NCBI GenBank assembly: GCA_026417035.1
Contig: JAOAEA010000003.1
Coordinates: 44,980-108,979 of the forward strand
Direction of reading: 5' to 3'
DNA: 64,000 nt
From: Burkholderiales bacterium
Lineage (GTDB): Bacteria; Pseudomonadota; Gammaproteobacteria; Burkholderiales; SG8-39
The notes beneath the pieces were generated by a model. It did not search any database and was not told where the DNA came from. It saw nothing but the letters and a program-made list of their open reading frames with translations. Position numbers and translations under genes: made by a program. This document shows positions 62,804-64,000 of the stretch, one piece after another (position 1 is the first letter of the stretch; each line of letters begins with the position of its first letter).

Positions 62804-63712
62804 TCAGCCTCGCGTGACCGGGGTCGGCAGGCGCGCGGTGCCCGGACCGGGATCGGGAAACTCTTCCGAATCAAAGGCCTTGTCGCCATCCTCGCCCGGG
62901 ATCCCGGTCGCCGCCACCGCCGCGAAATCGAAGAGCGTCCGGTCGAGGAGGTGCGAGGGGGTCACGCGACCGAGGCTCGCGAAGATCGTCTCGACGCGCC
63001 CGGGGAAGCGCTTTTCCCATTCGCGCAGGAGCGCCTTCACCTGCTTGCGCTGCAGGTTCTCCTGCGAGCCGCACAGGTCGCACGGGATGATCGGGAAAGC
63101 GCGCACCTCGGCATAGCGCGCGAGATCGGCTTCCTTCACGTAGGCGAGCGGCCGGATGACGACGTGCCGGCCATCGTCCGAGACGAGCTTCGGCGGCATC
63201 GCCTTCAGCTTCCCGCCGAAGAAGAGGTTGAGGAAAAAGGTCTCCAGGATGTCGTCGCGGTGGTGGCCGAGCGCGATCTTCGTCGCGCCGAGCTCGCCGG
63301 CGACGCGGTAGAGGATGCCGCGCCGCAGCCGCGAGCAGAGCGAGCACATCGTCTTCCCCTGCGGGATCACGCGCTTCACCACCGAGTGCGTGTCCTCGAC
63401 CTCGATGCGGAACGGGATGCCGAGCTTCCCGAGATAATCCGGAAGGACGTGCGCGGGGAAGCCGGGGTGTCGCTGATCGAGGTTGACCGCGACGATCTCG
63501 AAGTCGAGCGGCGCCGCCTCGCGCAGCTTCATGAGGAGGTCGAGCAGCGCGAAGCTGTCCTTGCCGCCGGAGAGGCACACCATCACCCGGTCGCCGGCGC
63601 GGATCATGTCGAAGTCGGCGATCGCCTGGCCGGCCTGGCGGCGCAGGCGCTTCTCGAGCTTGTTCGCCTCGTAGGCGGCCTTGCGCACGTCGCGGGCGGT
63701 GGGGGCGTTCAT
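62804..63712 (-). CDS. ttcA: tRNA 2-thiocytidine(32) synthetase TtcA
   Basis: 302 aa with the PP-loop SGGKDS, plus [10 protein letters not shown] and PCDLCGSQ (Fe-S cluster Cys residues). Confidence 0.94.
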   Translation of the reverse strand: MNAPTARDVRKAAYEANKLEKRLRRQAGQAIADFDMIRAGDRVMVCLSGGKDSFALLDLLMKLREAAPLDFEIVAVNLDQRHPGFPAHVLPDYLGKLGIPFRIEVEDTHSVVKRVIPQGKTMCSLCSRLRRGILYRVAGELGATKIALGHHRDDILETFFLNLFFGGKLKAMPPKLVSDDGRHVVIRPLAYVKEADLARYAEVRAFPIIPCDLCGSQENLQRKQVKALLREWEKRFPGRVETIFASLGRVTPSHLLDRTLFDFAAVAATGIPGEDGDKAFDSEEFPDPGPGTARLPTPVTRG

Positions 63713-64000
63713 GGGTCGCGATTATTCCAGAAGGCGCGCCCCGGACACGGCCACGGGCGACGCTCCCGGCCGGCCGCCTCGCTACCAGGTCCCGTCACGG
63801 ACTCTGCCACCCGCGCCCGGCCTGAGCGGGACGACCGTGCCGGGCTCCGCGGGATTGCCGGCGGCGAAGGGCTTCTCGCCGAGCTGAGCCCCTGGCGCCG
63901 CAACGCTGTGTGAGCCGACGAGGTCGGCGGGCACGTCCCCCTCGACCCCCTCATTCAGGGGCTGCCGGAAAACGCTTCCCCCCGAGAGCCCCGGTGGCCG

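Noticed and set aside
63782-64000. A possible 3' end of a minus-strand CDS entering from the right edge. My translation is ...DLVGSHSVAAPGAQLGEKPFAAGNPAEPGTVVPLRPGAGGRVRDGTW, ending at a stop at 63782-63784.
   Set aside because: Third-position G/C is gene-like, but only ~72 codons are visible. I cannot recognise a family or exclude a shadow frame, so I did not report it as a feature.

Overview
The window is very GC-rich, gene-dense bacterial chromosome. Gene content and order suggest a Betaproteobacteria-like facultative anaerobe; that placement is inference. Only about one ORF-track entry per locus is a real gene. The rest are Arg/Ala/Pro/Gly-rich shadow ORFs typical of high-GC DNA, and I re-derived many starts by hand.

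Core blocks:
- secB-grxC-rhodanese
- gpmA-envC-ctpA
- moeB, slmA, argB, and hslVU
- xerC-DUF484-dapF
- two lpxL-type acyltransferases
- metK, ahcY-metF, and ttcA

Respiratory and anaerobic modules:
- a SorAB-like sulfite dehydrogenase
- a korC-like/korA/korB 2-oxoacid oxidoreductase operon
- ubiU-ubiV-ubiT (O2-independent ubiquinone synthesis), with an FNR-type promoter geometry

Metal modules:
- copper uptake genes: DUF2946, a TonB-dependent receptor, TonB, PCuAC and a CWC protein
- a COG0523 GTPase with a Cys-depleted DksA2-like paralog, read as a zinc-sparing pair

Signalling:
- an OmpR-type response regulator with a histidine kinase
- two divergent paralogous LuxR-type response regulators with a hybrid kinase
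- a roughly 1060-aa MalT-like ATPase with a C-terminal SARP/BTAD output
- a CHASE2 cyclase-SH3-M48 protease operon

Most noteworthy observations:
1. A dispersed family of intergenic elements built from tandem heptamers, (CAGAGGA)n and its complement. It has three clear copies and one degenerate copy. One copy encodes the moeB C-terminal tail, and one fills the korA-korB spacer.
2. A second structured repeat of about 98 nt, present in two copies.
3. A Cro/YdaS-like HTH fused in frame to a class-V aminotransferase, with its own promoter, palindromic operator and SD.
4. A DksA2-like protein carrying a KPAA-rich, histone-H1/AlgP-like N-terminal extension of about 135 aa.
5. An SAH riboswitch with a GAAA-tetraloop terminator upstream of ahcY. 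It is separated from metK by a vapBC insertion.
6. A HAD nucleotidase split between two reading frames.

I recognised no rRNA, tRNA, CRISPR array or transposase.
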